Assembly: GCF_006345805.1 (NCBI RefSeq)
Contig: NW_021828769.1
Location: 1-7,769 of the forward strand
Origin: Octopus sinensis
Lineage: Eukaryota
Direction of reading: 5' to 3'
Length of the DNA stretch: 7,769 nucleotides
The position numbers and the translations under genes were made by a program. The notes under the pieces were generated by a model, which saw only the letters and a list, made by a program, of their open reading frames with translations, had not been told where the DNA came from and made no database searches. Shown in pieces: positions 6,675-7,769 of this stretch; positions within the stretch are counted from its first letter, which is position 1, and each line of letters begins with the position of its first letter.

Positions 6675-6812
6675 AGAGGAATGCGAGAGAGAGAGCTAGA
6701 GGGGGGGGGAGAGGGAGAATGAGAGAGAAGGAATGAAAAATGAGACAGTAAAGAGAAAGAAAGAGATAGAGTGAATGAAGGAAATAAAATAATTGAGTGA
6801 GACAGGAAAGAG
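6675..6812. repeat. Purine-rich GA low-complexity tract
   Basis: Strongly A/G-biased plus strand including (GA)n and G10 (6699-6708). Confidence 0.85.
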
Positions 6813-6857
6813 TTCCATTGGAATGGAGTTACTGATGAAGCAATGAGTAACGCGGGA

Positions 6858-7047
6858 ATATATATATATATATTATATATATATATGTGTGTGTATGCGT
6901 GTGTGTGTGTGTGTGTGTGTGTCTGCGTGTGTGTTCGCTATATATGTGTGTGTACGTATATATGTATATATATATGTATTTATGTATTCACACTCATACA
7001 CACACGCACATATATATATGCATCTATATATGTAACAATAGATATCA

Positions 7048-7093
<46 letters not shown>

Positions 7094-7362
7094 ATGTATG
7101 TATGCGTATGTATGTATGTGTATATATATATATATATGCATATATGCATATATAAATACGTGTGCGTGCATATGCTTGTTTGAGAGTACTACATATCTAT
7201 GTGTGTTTGTATATATGTATATGTACATTTATGTATTCTCACATGCATATATGCATGTGCATATGTAAGGATAGATATGTACGAGTATATATATACATAT
7301 ATTCATATATATATATATATACAATTATATATATATAGATATATATTATTTTACATATATAT

Positions 7363-7408
<46 letters not shown>

Positions 7409-7735
7409 GTATTTACATATATACATTATATGTATAAATATTATGTATATATGTAAATACATATGTATATAATATATATATATATATTATTTATGTATGT
7501 ACAGCCACACACACGAACACAGGGCATACGCTGACACACACAGTCGCACACATGTATTTTTATATATGAAAATATATATATATATATATATGCATATATT
7601 GATATATACATATATTCATACATGTATGTGTCTTTGTGTGTCAGCGTATGCGTTTATATGCGTTTGTGTGTGTGTTTGTGTGTGTGTGGTTGTGTGTGTG
7701 TGTGTGTGTGTGCTTGTGTTTGTGTGTTTGCGTGT
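6858..7735. repeat. Mosaic of (TA)n, (TG)n, (CA)n and (TATG)n simple repeats
   Basis: Directly visible; short unique islands only. Confidence 0.92.
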
Positions 7736-7769
7736 GGCCGTATGTATAATATGATATTACCTCTCACAA

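Noticed and set aside
6806-6851. GAAA...CTGATGA arrangement resembling a permuted hammerhead or a C/D-box motif
   Set aside because: Stems II and III cannot be formed with correct adjacency to the core, and there is no matching terminal box D and stem.
2883-7754. Numerous 60-175 aa ORFs rich in I/Y/M/C/V/H
   Set aside because: They are translations of (TA)n, (TG)n, (CA)n, (TATG)n and (AAT)n repeats, which lack stop codons in some frames.

Overview
Non-genic, repeat-saturated eukaryotic DNA, most likely from an octopus or another coleoid cephalopod. That assignment comes from my recall of the SINE families plus the extreme microsatellite density and was not searched. No host gene is supported. 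The main feature is a near full-length but frameshifted Penelope-like retroelement (PLE) on the minus strand (~176-2966). Hand translation across the frameshifts gives an N-terminal KDIP..Y/FIRRIRW motif, ADKTGN, RT motifs QFDIASYY, MGSSDSAQVTDLVG, GLYRDD and NFLDVTLDL, a thumb region, a CxCx5Cx5C linker and a C-terminal GIY-YIG endonuclease. A degenerate minimal hammerhead ribozyme lies in the upstream pseudo-LTR. The motif set best fits the Hydra clade of PLEs (tentative). The middle of the window is a mosaic of four tRNA-derived SINE copies from two families, two diverged and probably nested hAT-type MITE remnants, and an unclassified repeat. The rest is (TA)n/(TG)n/(CA)n/(AAT)n simple-repeat DNA with one ~209-bp internal duplication. 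All ORF-track entries except 1561-1773 and 2417-2722 are artefacts.
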